DNA from: an uncultured Bacteroidaceae bacterium
GTDB lineage: Bacteria > Bacteroidota > Bacteroidia > Bacteroidales > JAADGE01
Assembly: GCA_964472505.1 (NCBI GenBank)
Contig: CAYYQW010000002.1
Span: 43,750-107,749 of the forward strand
Direction of reading: 5' to 3'
Length of the DNA stretch: 64,000 nucleotides
In this document: piece by piece, positions 41,327-49,996 of the stretch
Position numbering within the stretch: position 1 is the stretch's first letter
How the letters are laid out: the number at the start of each line of letters is the position of its first letter
Position numbers and translations under genes: made by a program
The notes under the pieces: generated by a model
Database searches by the model: none
The model's input: only the letters and a program-made list of their open reading frames with translations
What the model was told of the DNA's origin: nothing

Positions 41327-41545
41327 AAAAATTTGCCAAATTTGTACCCGTAAAAAGCCTGAAAATCAATAATTTCCCGGCTACCAAGCAAGCCCAAATT
41401 CGGCAGTTTTAAAAGAAACACTTCAAAACGTCCGGAGGACTTTTGAACGTGTGGGCAGAAAGGCGGGCGGTAGGTTTTTATCGACCATGACGTTTTGAAG
41501 TCCTCCGGACGTTCAAAAGTCATTGACCCACGAAACACAAGCACC
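41327..41545 (+). repeat. Palindromic repeat locus 1 (modules A0-C0-B0)
   Basis: A0 (41327-41410) is a diverged copy of the A module. C0 is a bulged hairpin at 41418-41452 and B0 is a bulged hairpin at 41487-41523. The tail CACGAAACACAAG is shared with locus 2. Confidence 0.85.
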
Positions 41546-41679
41546 AACACACATAACAAAAAAATATCACATTTATATTTGCATTTTTGATTTCTTTTTA
41601 TTTGCTTTACAAGCGAAAACAAAACCAAACTGTATTTTGAATGAATCTTAGAAACCAAAAACCGAAAAGCACCGCTTTT

Positions 41680-41716
<37 letters not shown>

Positions 41717-41874
41717 AATAGCTTTTTCCGATATACCACGACAAAATATATTTTCATTTTATGCAAGAATAAGTTTATTCGGAAGGTGCTGTTAAAATTT
41801 TCTTTGCGGAATATTTAACAGCTATAAACGTTTTTTATAATTCGAAAAAATTTATTAATCATAAAAAATTGCAC

Positions 41875-43167
41875 ATGAAATTACATCACTTTAAATCTAT
41901 AACCCTATTTATTGCAGCTGTATTTTTTTTCTTTCAAAGTTGTGAAAAAGAGAACTATCAAGCTGCCGAAAGTACAAATGAGATAAAAAAAGAAACAATT
42001 ACCAAGAGCAACCCGCACAGCGTTTCGGAAAATGAAGCAGAGCAGTTTGCTTTAAATTTTTATAATACACATTTTAGTAACAAGAAAAACCAAAAAATTA
42101 AGAACCTAAAAAAAGTGAAAGTTCCCATACCCGGGAAAAAGCTTTATGCGGCCGAGATGGAACCCAAAGGCTATGTTATTATGTCGGATGACAAAAGAAA
42201 CGTACCGGTTTTTTCGTTTTCGGAAAACGGATCGTTTGATTATAAAAGTTTAGACGATTTGCCCCCGGGAGTAAAAGAATGGGCTACTGAATTTTTGCTG
42301 ATGAATCTGCACTTGCAGAGCAACCATGATAAATCGCAAAAAGAAAACCGACAAACCCAATTGTGGAACACCTACCTCGACAACAATACCGAAGAAAAAA
42401 TAATTACTCCGGAAGAATGCGATCATTATTTTGTTGAGCACGTGCAAACCATATATGATGACTGCATTATGGAAACCGCTTGGGGACAAGGGCCTCCATA
42501 TAATCTACTAACTCCGATATGCGATGATGACGGAGACCACACTCCCGCCGGCTGTGTAGCCGTAGCCATGGCGCAGGTAATGAAGTATTGGCAACATCCC
42601 GATGACTTTTCTTGGGACATCTTGAAAAACTATTATTCATCCAATGAAACAAACCGAAGCGCCTACGAGGCAGCCGGACTAATGAAAAACATCGGCGATA
42701 ATGTTTCAATGAATTACGGATGTGACGGTTCCGGTGCTTCTCTAAATAAAGCAAAAAAAGCTTTGGATAATGACTACGGCTACAATGACAATATTGTGTA
42801 TGATGATTATCATATTGATGATATCAAAAATAATATACAATTCGGGTATCCGGTAATTTTGGGCGGCTTTAGAACAGTTCAAGAATGGCTCGGGATAAAA
42901 ATATATCTGAACGGGCACGCTTGGGTAGCCGATGGTTATTGGTTGGAATACGACCGCTACAAAGAAGTATGTTATACAGGAGGTGGTGTTCCGCTTGAAC
43001 GTTATTATTCAAAAAATTATCAATACTACATTCACATGAATTGGGGTTGGAGTAATAGAAGCGGAGAAAACACTTGGTATTACAGCAATGAACTTACTGC
43101 ACCCGATAACGGCTCCGGAAATGATTACCAATGGAATAAAAGCATGATTATAAATATTCACCTTTAA
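41875..43167 (+). CDS. C10 family (streptopain/SpeB-like) cysteine peptidase lipoprotein
   Basis: The protein has a lipobox (FFQSC) and an N-terminal propeptide-like region. The catalytic Cys context is PAGCVAVAMAQVMKYW and the catalytic His context is NGHAWVADGY. The HMNWGW motif is also present. All three contexts match SpeB-type signatures. Confidence 0.85.
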   Translation: MKLHHFKSITLFIAAVFFFFQSCEKENYQAAESTNEIKKETITKSNPHSVSENEAEQFALNFYNTHFSNKKNQKIKNLKKVKVPIPGKKLYAAEMEPKGYVIMSDDKRNVPVFSFSENGSFDYKSLDDLPPGVKEWATEFLLMNLHLQSNHDKSQKENRQTQLWNTYLDNNTEEKIITPEECDHYFVEHVQTIYDDCIMETAWGQGPPYNLLTPICDDDGDHTPAGCVAVAMAQVMKYWQHPDDFSWDILKNYYSSNETNRSAYEAAGLMKNIGDNVSMNYGCDGSGASLNKAKKALDNDYGYNDNIVYDDYHIDDIKNNIQFGYPVILGGFRTVQEWLGIKIYLNGHAWVADGYWLEYDRYKEVCYTGGGVPLERYYSKNYQYYIHMNWGWSNRSGENTWYYSNELTAPDNGSGNDYQWNKSMIINIHL

Positions 43168-43177
43168 AACAGACACC

Positions 43178-43633
43178 ATGAAAAACATACTTTTAATTTT
43201 AAGCACTTTAGCATTAATAATGCTGTTTGAAAATTGCGACAAAAACGGAGAATTTATATGCACCGCAGACCATTTTGTTTTTTTAGACGAAAATGGTGAA
43301 GATATTTTTAATACAGAGAGTAATTGTTACATTGATACGTCGGATATTAAGGTTTTTACTCCGGAGAATGAAGAATATCCCATTATATTTGGATTTAGCG
43401 ACAGTTTGAAAATGTACAGCATAGATATAGGGATAAATGGCAAAATCGGACAGGAAGATACTACATTTATTCAGTTCGGAGATTTTAATGTGGATACCAT
43501 TCGTGCCGTTTACACAGAAGAAGGACATTTACAGATTGATGAAATGTATTACAACGACTCATTAATTGAATCATTTTGCAATACACCAAAAGCTCATAAA
43601 ATCACCGTAAAACCGGATTCTGTTTACAACTAA
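43178..43633 (+). CDS. Small lipoprotein, candidate cognate protease inhibitor (staphostatin/Bfi-like by position only)
   Basis: The protein is 151 aa with a lipobox (LFENC). It starts 10 nt after the peptidase stop. The function is inferred only from the known protease-inhibitor gene pairing. Confidence 0.55.
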   Translation: MKNILLILSTLALIMLFENCDKNGEFICTADHFVFLDENGEDIFNTESNCYIDTSDIKVFTPENEEYPIIFGFSDSLKMYSIDIGINGKIGQEDTTFIQFGDFNVDTIRAVYTEEGHLQIDEMYYNDSLIESFCNTPKAHKITVKPDSVYN

Positions 43634-43663
43634 AGCCGGTTTACGCATGAGGGAGGCTGAATC

Positions 43664-44342
43664 AAAAAATCTGCCGGATTTCTACCCATAAAAAGCCGAT
43701 AAGTCAATAAGCTTCCAACTACCAAGCAAACCCAAATCCGGCAGATTTATTTGTTTAGCTAAATCTGTCCGACCGCTTTGAGCGGTCAGACGGATTGAAA
43801 CCCTGACGTTTTGAAGTCCTACGGACGTTCAAAAGTCATAGCCGCGGCACGATTTTCAACCAACCGCAAGTAAAACCTCACGAAACACAAGTCCGCCAAT
43901 ACCCGAAACACTTCAAAACGTCCGACAGGACTTTTGAACGTGTGGGCGAAAGAACAGGCCGTAAATTTTCACAGACCATGACGTTTTGAAGTCCTGCCGG
44001 ACGTTCAAAAGTCATAGCCGCGGCACGATTTTCAACCAAACGCAAGTAAAACCTCACGAAACACAACTTCGATAATACCCGAAACACTTCAAAACGTCCG
44101 ACAGGACTTTTGAACGTGTGGGCGGAAGAGTAGCTGAATAAATAAACCCATGACCTTTTGAAATTGATAAAAATCTGCCGGATTTTTACCCATAAAAAGC
44201 CGATAAGTCAATAAGCTTCCAGCTACCAAGCAAACCCAAATCCGGCAGATTTATTTGTTCAGCTAAATCTGTCCGACCGCTTTGAGCAGTCAGACGGATT
44301 GAAATCCTGACGTTTTGAAGTCCTCCGGACGTTCAAAAGTCA
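43664..44342 (+). repeat. Palindromic repeat locus 2 (modules A1-B1-C1-B2-C2-truncated B-A2-B3)
   Basis: The direct repeats 43664-43838 and 44168-44342 are 175 nt long, 504 nt apart, with 6 mismatches. The B hairpins are at 43805-43838, 43980-44013 and about 44307-44342. The C hairpins are at 43908-43943 and 44084-44119. The B-to-B period is 175 nt and the C-to-C period is 176 nt. Confidence 0.9.
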
Positions 44343-44476
44343 GGAATGAATCAAGCAAATATTTATTATTTTTGTCTTCTTTATACAAAAAACCGTTTTA
44401 ACATCGCATTTAAAACGGATAATTTACGTTATCCAAACATACATATTCATTTTTTAAATTAAAATTGGGGACAAAA

Positions 44477-45667
44477 ATGAGAATCATATTTTTGATTATT
44501 GCACTGTCTTTTTTAAGCATGCCCTTGGCCGAAGCTCAAAGTATGGTGGAAGAAGAAATCAAAAAGCTGACAAGGGAATCCGACAACATAGATACGGCCG
44601 TAAAACTTCATCGTGCCGAAAAACCGGATTCCACTTCAAAAGAATACCAAGCAGCCATTAACACCATTGCCAAAAGCCGCGAAAAACTTATGAGCCATCA
44701 GGATGAGAATGCTAAAGCCATAAAAAGCCTGCAAAAAGAAATAGATGAGTTGGAGCGAAAGAAAAAAAGAGCTTTGCAGTGGGAAACCCGCGAACAGGAA
44801 CTGGAAAGGCGCAAACAAGAGATTGGCCGCAGCATACTGGTTATGAGCAAATTGCTTGATGTTGAATCCACGAATCTGGAAACACGTAAAGCCGTGGAGG
44901 ATGCCAAAGAAAAGTACAGAACCAATATAGACAGAAACGTAGCCGGTTTTGCAGCCTACATTGTATCCATAAATACGATGGCGAAAGAAAAAGCTGCCGG
45001 ATACAATTTAAAAGAAGGTTTAGTACTTCTTGACAAAGACAACAACTCAAATTTTACGCAACGGCTGCGCAGCGGTGCCCTGAATATAGGCATGATAACC
45101 GGAGGGATTTTAAGCTACGATGCCATAAAAGCCGATAAAACCGGAAGTGCCGTAGGCTACATTGTAGCCGCTTTGGCCATTAAAGGAGCCGATTTTTATA
45201 TGTCGGGAAAAGACATTATAGAAGATCGTCTGAATGCCAAACGCACTTATGATGCCATGATACGGAACACGCTGTTCGGAGATATCATCAGGGAAGATTC
45301 GGCTAATGTTATGCGGTTAAAAAATCATGCCGACAGTTTGTTTCAAATAGCCAAACCATACATAGGTACACACGAAGACTCGGTATTCATAAAAGACGAC
45401 TGGATGCCCTCTTTATCCACGCTCAATGTGGCCGAAACCGTATTGGATGATATGAAAAATGCCGTTTTTTATTGGGAGCGAATAATTACCGAATGTGATT
45501 ACATATTGAATGAATTTAATCCTTCGCCCGTTTCTCAAAGAAAATTAAAATCCATCAAAAATTCGGCTAAAAGTGCCGTGAGCAGTTGGGTATATCTTTC
45601 GGAGCAATTTGCTTTTCGCATCAGTTTCTTGAAAGAAGTTCACAAACGTGATTTACTGAGAGAATAA
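44477..45667 (+). CDS. Secreted/membrane hypothetical protein with an N-terminal coiled coil
   Basis: The protein has a signal peptide (MRIIFLIIALSFLSMPLAEAQ), a charged coiled-coil segment and Gly/Ala-rich hydrophobic stretches. The start was moved to the ATG at 44477. Confidence 0.6.
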   Translation: MRIIFLIIALSFLSMPLAEAQSMVEEEIKKLTRESDNIDTAVKLHRAEKPDSTSKEYQAAINTIAKSREKLMSHQDENAKAIKSLQKEIDELERKKKRALQWETREQELERRKQEIGRSILVMSKLLDVESTNLETRKAVEDAKEKYRTNIDRNVAGFAAYIVSINTMAKEKAAGYNLKEGLVLLDKDNNSNFTQRLRSGALNIGMITGGILSYDAIKADKTGSAVGYIVAALAIKGADFYMSGKDIIEDRLNAKRTYDAMIRNTLFGDIIREDSANVMRLKNHADSLFQIAKPYIGTHEDSVFIKDDWMPSLSTLNVAETVLDDMKNAVFYWERIITECDYILNEFNPSPVSQRKLKSIKNSAKSAVSSWVYLSEQFAFRISFLKEVHKRDLLRE

Positions 45668-45670
45668 GCA

Positions 45671-45708
45671 AAAAAGCCGCTGCTCGGAAAGTCCGAACTG
45701 CGGCTTTT
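45671..45708. terminator. Bidirectional terminator between convergent genes
   Basis: The hairpin AAAAAGCCGC...GCGGCTTTT is imperfect. An A-run and a T-run flank it. Confidence 0.5.
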
Positions 45709-45733
45709 GTTGAAAAGTCAGCGAACAAATAAA

Positions 45734-46390
45734 TTATCCGTTCACTTTTTTATGATCGGCCAGAAATTTTTCCAAACCAATGTCGGTAAGCGGGTGTTTG
45801 AGCAAACCCATGATAGCATCCAGCGGTGCGGTAACCACATCGGCTCCGGCTTCGGCACAATCAATAATGTGTTGCGTATGACGAATGGATGCGGCCAATA
45901 CCTGAGTATCATATCCATAGAGTGAATACATTTGTGAGATTTTATAAATCAATTCAACACCGTCGGAACTGATGTCATCCAAGCGTCCGATAAAGGGAGA
46001 AACATAAGTAGCACCGGCTTTTGCGGCCAAGAGAGCTTGCCCGACAGAAAAAACCAGAGTGCAATTGGTTTTAATACCTTTGTCGGTAAAATATTTGATG
46101 GCTTTTATGCCGTCTTTTATCACGGGTACTTTAACCGTAATTTGCGGATGCAAAGCTGCTAAAGCTTCGCCTTCTTTTACCATTCCCTCAAAATCAGTGG
46201 CTATTACTTCGGCGCTTACATCGCCGTCCACGATATCGCAGATGGTACGATAATGTTTTATGATATTATCATGGCCTTTGATGCCTTCTTTGGCCATAAG
46301 GGAAGGATTGGTTGTAACGCCGTCGAGTACACCGAGATCTTGTGCTTCTTTTATTTGTTCGAGATTGGCTGTGTCAATAAAAAATTTCAT
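45734..46390 (-). CDS. Fructose-6-phosphate aldolase / transaldolase family 3B
   Basis: The protein starts [31 protein letters not shown] and has the Schiff-base Lys context (TVKVP). At 218 aa it has the typical length of the TalC/Fsa subfamily. Confidence 0.9.
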   Translation of the reverse strand: MKFFIDTANLEQIKEAQDLGVLDGVTTNPSLMAKEGIKGHDNIIKHYRTICDIVDGDVSAEVIATDFEGMVKEGEALAALHPQITVKVPVIKDGIKAIKYFTDKGIKTNCTLVFSVGQALLAAKAGATYVSPFIGRLDDISSDGVELIYKISQMYSLYGYDTQVLAASIRHTQHIIDCAEAGADVVTAPLDAIMGLLKHPLTDIGLEKFLADHKKVNG

Positions 46391-46469
46391 GATTATAATA
46401 TTTAAAAAGTGATATATTTTAAGCTTGTATTAGCCCGGTTCGTATGTGAGAAGTTCCTCTAAAAAAAGA

Positions 46470-46569
46470 GGGGCAAGCTACTCACATCGCACCGCTACAA
46501 CCGCCGTACCCTTGCTTCCGTCAAGACCTGGGGGAGTTAGGCAGGAGCTGGTCGTATGAGACTTACCCC
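46470..46569 (-). ncRNA. ffs: Small (4.5S-type) SRP RNA
   Basis: The minus strand reads GGGGTAAGTCTCATACGACCAGCTCCTGCCTAACTCCCCCAGGTCTTGACGGAAGCAAGGGTACGGCGG...GTAGCTTGCCCC. The conserved domain IV core is CCAGGTC..GAC-GGAA-GCAAGGGTA with a GGAA tetraloop. The 5' GGGG..AAG pairs with the 3' CTT..CCCC, and a T-run follows. The ends are approximate. Confidence 0.7.
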
Positions 46570-46575
46570 GGATTG

Positions 46576-46583
46576 CAAAGATA
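46576..46583 (-). promoter_or_regulatory. Putative -7 promoter box (TATCTTTG) for the SRP RNA
   Basis: On the minus strand the sequence matches TAnnTTTG and ends 6 nt upstream of the proposed GGGG 5' end. Confidence 0.45.
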
Positions 46584-46865
46584 AAAACAGTATTATTCTT
46601 GCCAAAAAAAAGAATGAATTTTATGAAAAAACATTCTAAAGTTCATCAAAAAAAACAGAAGAGGAATTGAACCATAGTAAATTAGAGAAATCAGCAAGTG
46701 AAACTTTGGATAAAAAGAACGGTAAAAGTTTTTATATTACAGCTAATAAAAAGCATAAGTAATTGTGTTTAAATAATCTAAAAATCACTTGTCTTATTGC
46801 AGCTGTATATAATTTTCACAAATATTTTTTCGTTCATACAGTTGAGCAAAATATATAAAATACCG

Positions 46866-46873
46866 TATATTTG
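46866..46873 (+). promoter_or_regulatory. Putative -7 promoter box (TATATTTG)
   Basis: The sequence matches TAnnTTTG and lies 25 nt upstream of the ATG at 46899. Confidence 0.35.
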
Positions 46874-46898
46874 TAATTGAAAAAGCAATTAAATAATC

Positions 46899-47546
46899 AT
46901 GAAAAACACCATGACAAAATATATTAAACCAATCATTGCTCTTACGGCCTTCCTGCTTATTAGCAGCATAGCTGTACATGCACAGAAAATATTAACTTAC
47001 GAAGAACTTTTGAGCCCGGAAACTCGAAAAAAAGGCGATATTGTAGCTATGGAAATTAACGGGCTCGATACGAATTATGTGGTAATGATGTCGCCGTTGG
47101 TAATTTTTCCGGAAAGGAAATTTAAAAACAAACGCGAAAAAAGGCGCTACAACCGAATGGTGCGTAATGTAATTAAGGTGTATCCGTATTCGCAGATCAT
47201 AAAACAAATATTTATAGAAACGGAGCTTGCTTTGCGCCAAATGGACAATGAACGCGAACGAAAAAAATACATCAAACGAAAGGAAGAACAACTGAAACAA
47301 CAATTTGAGAAAGATATTCGCAAAATGACTTACACTCAGGGGCGAATACTGATTCGTTTGGTAGATCGCGAAACCGGACGCACGAGTTATGAAATAATAA
47401 AACATTTTAAAGGCGGTCTGTCTGCATTTTTTTGGCAATCAATTGCCAAAATTTTTAGTACCGACCTAAAGTATGAATACGACAAAGAGGGTGAAGAAGA
47501 GTGGATTGAAGAGATTGTAGCCAAAATTGAAAACGGACAATTGTAA
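46899..47546 (+). CDS. Secreted hypothetical protein, K/R/E-rich (DUF4294-like from memory)
   Basis: The ORF is 215 aa and begins with a signal peptide. The family assignment is low confidence. Confidence 0.6.
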   Translation: MKNTMTKYIKPIIALTAFLLISSIAVHAQKILTYEELLSPETRKKGDIVAMEINGLDTNYVVMMSPLVIFPERKFKNKREKRRYNRMVRNVIKVYPYSQIIKQIFIETELALRQMDNERERKKYIKRKEEQLKQQFEKDIRKMTYTQGRILIRLVDRETGRTSYEIIKHFKGGLSAFFWQSIAKIFSTDLKYEYDKEGEEEWIEEIVAKIENGQL

Positions 47547-47686
47547 AAAGACTTATTGAATTAGTCTTGCAGCAGAATTTTTCAGAAGTCGAATTTCAGA
47601 CGCATCAAATCCCCCGTCAGTTCATAGGCAAACGTTGAAAGACAGGACATTTGAAAGTGTATGCGAGCTTAAATTTTTGTTTGGAA

Positions 47687-48394
47687 TTATTTCGAAATTA
47701 TATTCAAATTATCCATTAAATCATCTTTATATGACTTTGCAATGGGAATGGCTTGGGTACCGGATTTCAAAGCAATAATTATCATATTGTCCTCAATGGC
47801 TTTTATTTTCTCCAAATTCACAATAAACGAACGATGCACCCGCTTGAAAGTTTCTGCGGGCAGTTTTTGCATCATGGCTTTCATGGTAAAATGGATGGTA
47901 TGTTTATCATCGGGTGTGTAGATATTTACATAATTTTCCATGGCTTCAATCCACAAAATTTCCGAATACAATATCCGTACGAATGATGATGAAGTGTTTT
48001 TTACAAAAATACCGTGTTCCGTGGATTCTTTATCAACGGTTTCGTGTATTTCTTTAGCTTTATTTACGGCTTTCAAAAAACGCGGAAACTGTATGGGCTT
48101 CAGTAAATAATCGGTAACTTGGTATGATATGGCATCCACCGCATATTTTTCTTTAGCGGAGACTACAATTACCTGGGGAAGGTCGTGGGTAACTTCCAGA
48201 AGTTCCACTCCGGTCATGTCCGGCATTTCTATATCCAAAAAGACCAAATCGATCTCTTTATCTTTTGACAAAAGATTTGCCGCCTCTGTGGCATTATCAA
48301 AAGATTGTTTTAACTCAAGAAAATCGGTTTTTGCGATGTACTTTTCCAATACAATTCGTGAAACCTTCTCATCATCAACAATAATACATTTCAT
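47687..48394 (-). CDS. LytTR-family response regulator
   Basis: The receiver domain (MKCIIVDDEKVSR..., LVFLDIEMPDMTG, SAKEKYA, YLLKP) is followed by a LytTR DNA-binding domain (IHFTMKAMMQKLP..FKRVHRSFIVN). The ORF-track start at 48694 is an upstream read-through, and the ATG at 48394 is used here. Confidence 0.85.
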   Translation of the reverse strand: MKCIIVDDEKVSRIVLEKYIAKTDFLELKQSFDNATEAANLLSKDKEIDLVFLDIEMPDMTGVELLEVTHDLPQVIVVSAKEKYAVDAISYQVTDYLLKPIQFPRFLKAVNKAKEIHETVDKESTEHGIFVKNTSSSFVRILYSEILWIEAMENYVNIYTPDDKHTIHFTMKAMMQKLPAETFKRVHRSFIVNLEKIKAIEDNMIIIALKSGTQAIPIAKSYKDDLMDNLNIISK

Positions 48395-48518
48395 AATTTT
48401 TGCGTTTGAAGTAATATTCACCAAAGATATAAAATGCTTAAAATAAAAAAAAACTTTTAAGCTTGCATTGTATCGCCGGAATAAATATCTTTGGTACCAC
48501 AAAGCAAAAAACATAACC

Positions 48519-49928
48519 ATGCTCAAACGCCTTTTTCCATTTATTTGTGCCGTATTAACAATCATACCGGTTTCAGCCCAAAATCTTCTTGAAGAGAATG
48601 AACTGGTTGAAGCTAAAGAGTTTAATTCAATAGACGAGGCTCTGCGCGAACCCGAAAATGTATATAAGTTAAATTTGGGGCACTTAGGCCTCAAAGAAAT
48701 ACCTGAAGAAGTGTATCGGTTCAGAAAGCTTCAAGTTCTGGATCTTTGGAATAACGATATTGCCCACATTCCGGCGGAAATACGCGATTTGCCGAATTTG
48801 CAATTCTTAAACGTTAGCGGAAATAAACTAAAAACACTGCCCACGGAATTGGGCGAGCTGCGATTTCTGATGATGATAGAAGCCGAAGAGAATCAAATAG
48901 AATATATTCCAAATATTATATGCACGCTTCCCGATCTGGAAAGTCTGAATCTGAGCAATAACCAATTACAGGAGCTGCCCTCAAATATCGGAGAGCTTAA
49001 AAGTTTGATGAACCTAAACTTGAGTAATAACAAAATTACCGTCTTGCCGGCTTCTTTCGGGAACTTAGGCGAGCTGCAAAGCGTAAACTTATCAAACAAT
49101 GAGCTGAAAGAATTGCCGCCCGAAATTCAAGATTTAAAAAGTGTGAAAATTTTTGATATTAAAAGTAATCTGCTTTTAGAATTGCCCCCGCAAATCAGTA
49201 AATTGAACCAAATACCTTATCTGAACATCAGCAACAATGAGTTGCGCAAGCTTACGCCGTCCATCGGAGAAATGGATATGCTCTTGATGCTTGATTTATC
49301 AAAAAATCAACTCTCAGGCTTGCCGGATGAAATCGGAAAACTGAAAGGGCTTTTCGAATTAAATCTTTCGGAGAATAAAATTGTTGAACTCAACTCCAAT
49401 ATAGGCAAACTAAATAATTTACAATATTTGAATCTGCAAAAAAATGTGTTGCGCGAATTACCTCCGGAAATAGGACAAATGACTTCTTTAGTAGAAATGG
49501 ATTTGTCTTCAAATATTCTTTTGCAACTAAACCCCGAAATAGGAAAACTGACGAGTCTCACAAAGCTGAATATCTACAACAACCAATTATCTGCCTTGCC
49601 GCCCGAAATTGGCAGTGCGTCAGCTCTGGAAGAATTAAATGCAAGTTATAACAGTTTAAAAAAATTACCGCCCGCTATCGGAGACATTAGCTCGCTGAAA
49701 AGTCTAAATTTTTCCAATAATCAACTTTCCGACTTACCAATTGAAATTGGAAATTTATCAAAATTAGAAGGGCTTGACCTGAACAGTAATGAATTATCGA
49801 CGCTTCCGCCGAGTATTTCAAACCTAAATAATTTGCAATACATTTATCTGCGTAACAATAATTTTTCGGAGGATGAAGTGGAAAACATAAAAAAACAATT
49901 GCCCGATTTTATAAAAATCCGAATATAA
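48519..49928 (+). CDS. Secreted leucine-rich repeat (LRR) protein
   Basis: The protein has a signal peptide (MLKRLFPFICAVLTIIPVSAQ). About 17 consecutive 23-aa repeats of the form LxxLxLxxNxLxxLPxxIGxL follow. Confidence 0.85.
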   Translation: MLKRLFPFICAVLTIIPVSAQNLLEENELVEAKEFNSIDEALREPENVYKLNLGHLGLKEIPEEVYRFRKLQVLDLWNNDIAHIPAEIRDLPNLQFLNVSGNKLKTLPTELGELRFLMMIEAEENQIEYIPNIICTLPDLESLNLSNNQLQELPSNIGELKSLMNLNLSNNKITVLPASFGNLGELQSVNLSNNELKELPPEIQDLKSVKIFDIKSNLLLELPPQISKLNQIPYLNISNNELRKLTPSIGEMDMLLMLDLSKNQLSGLPDEIGKLKGLFELNLSENKIVELNSNIGKLNNLQYLNLQKNVLRELPPEIGQMTSLVEMDLSSNILLQLNPEIGKLTSLTKLNIYNNQLSALPPEIGSASALEELNASYNSLKKLPPAIGDISSLKSLNFSNNQLSDLPIEIGNLSKLEGLDLNSNELSTLPPSISNLNNLQYIYLRNNNFSEDEVENIKKQLPDFIKIRI

Positions 49929-49947
49929 ACAAGACTCCATATTGCAT

Positions 49948-49984
49948 AAAAAACCCCCGATTGACATGCAAGCGGGGGTTTTTA
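49948..49984. terminator. Bidirectional terminator between convergent genes
   Basis: The hairpin is AAAACCCCCG-loop-CGGGGGTTTT. Confidence 0.6.
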
Positions 49985-49996
49985 TAAGTTTCTTTG

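Noticed and set aside
39511-41545. A genomic island integrated at tRNA-Lys
   Set aside because: I saw no downstream direct repeat of the tRNA 3' end (GTTCGAATCGCAGGCGGGTCA), and no integrase is present. The genes immediately downstream (YceI, SDR) look like core genes.
43805-44124. A CRISPR array
   Set aside because: The period is 175-176 nt and the sequences between the hairpins are themselves repeated, so they are not unique spacers. No cas genes are present in the window.
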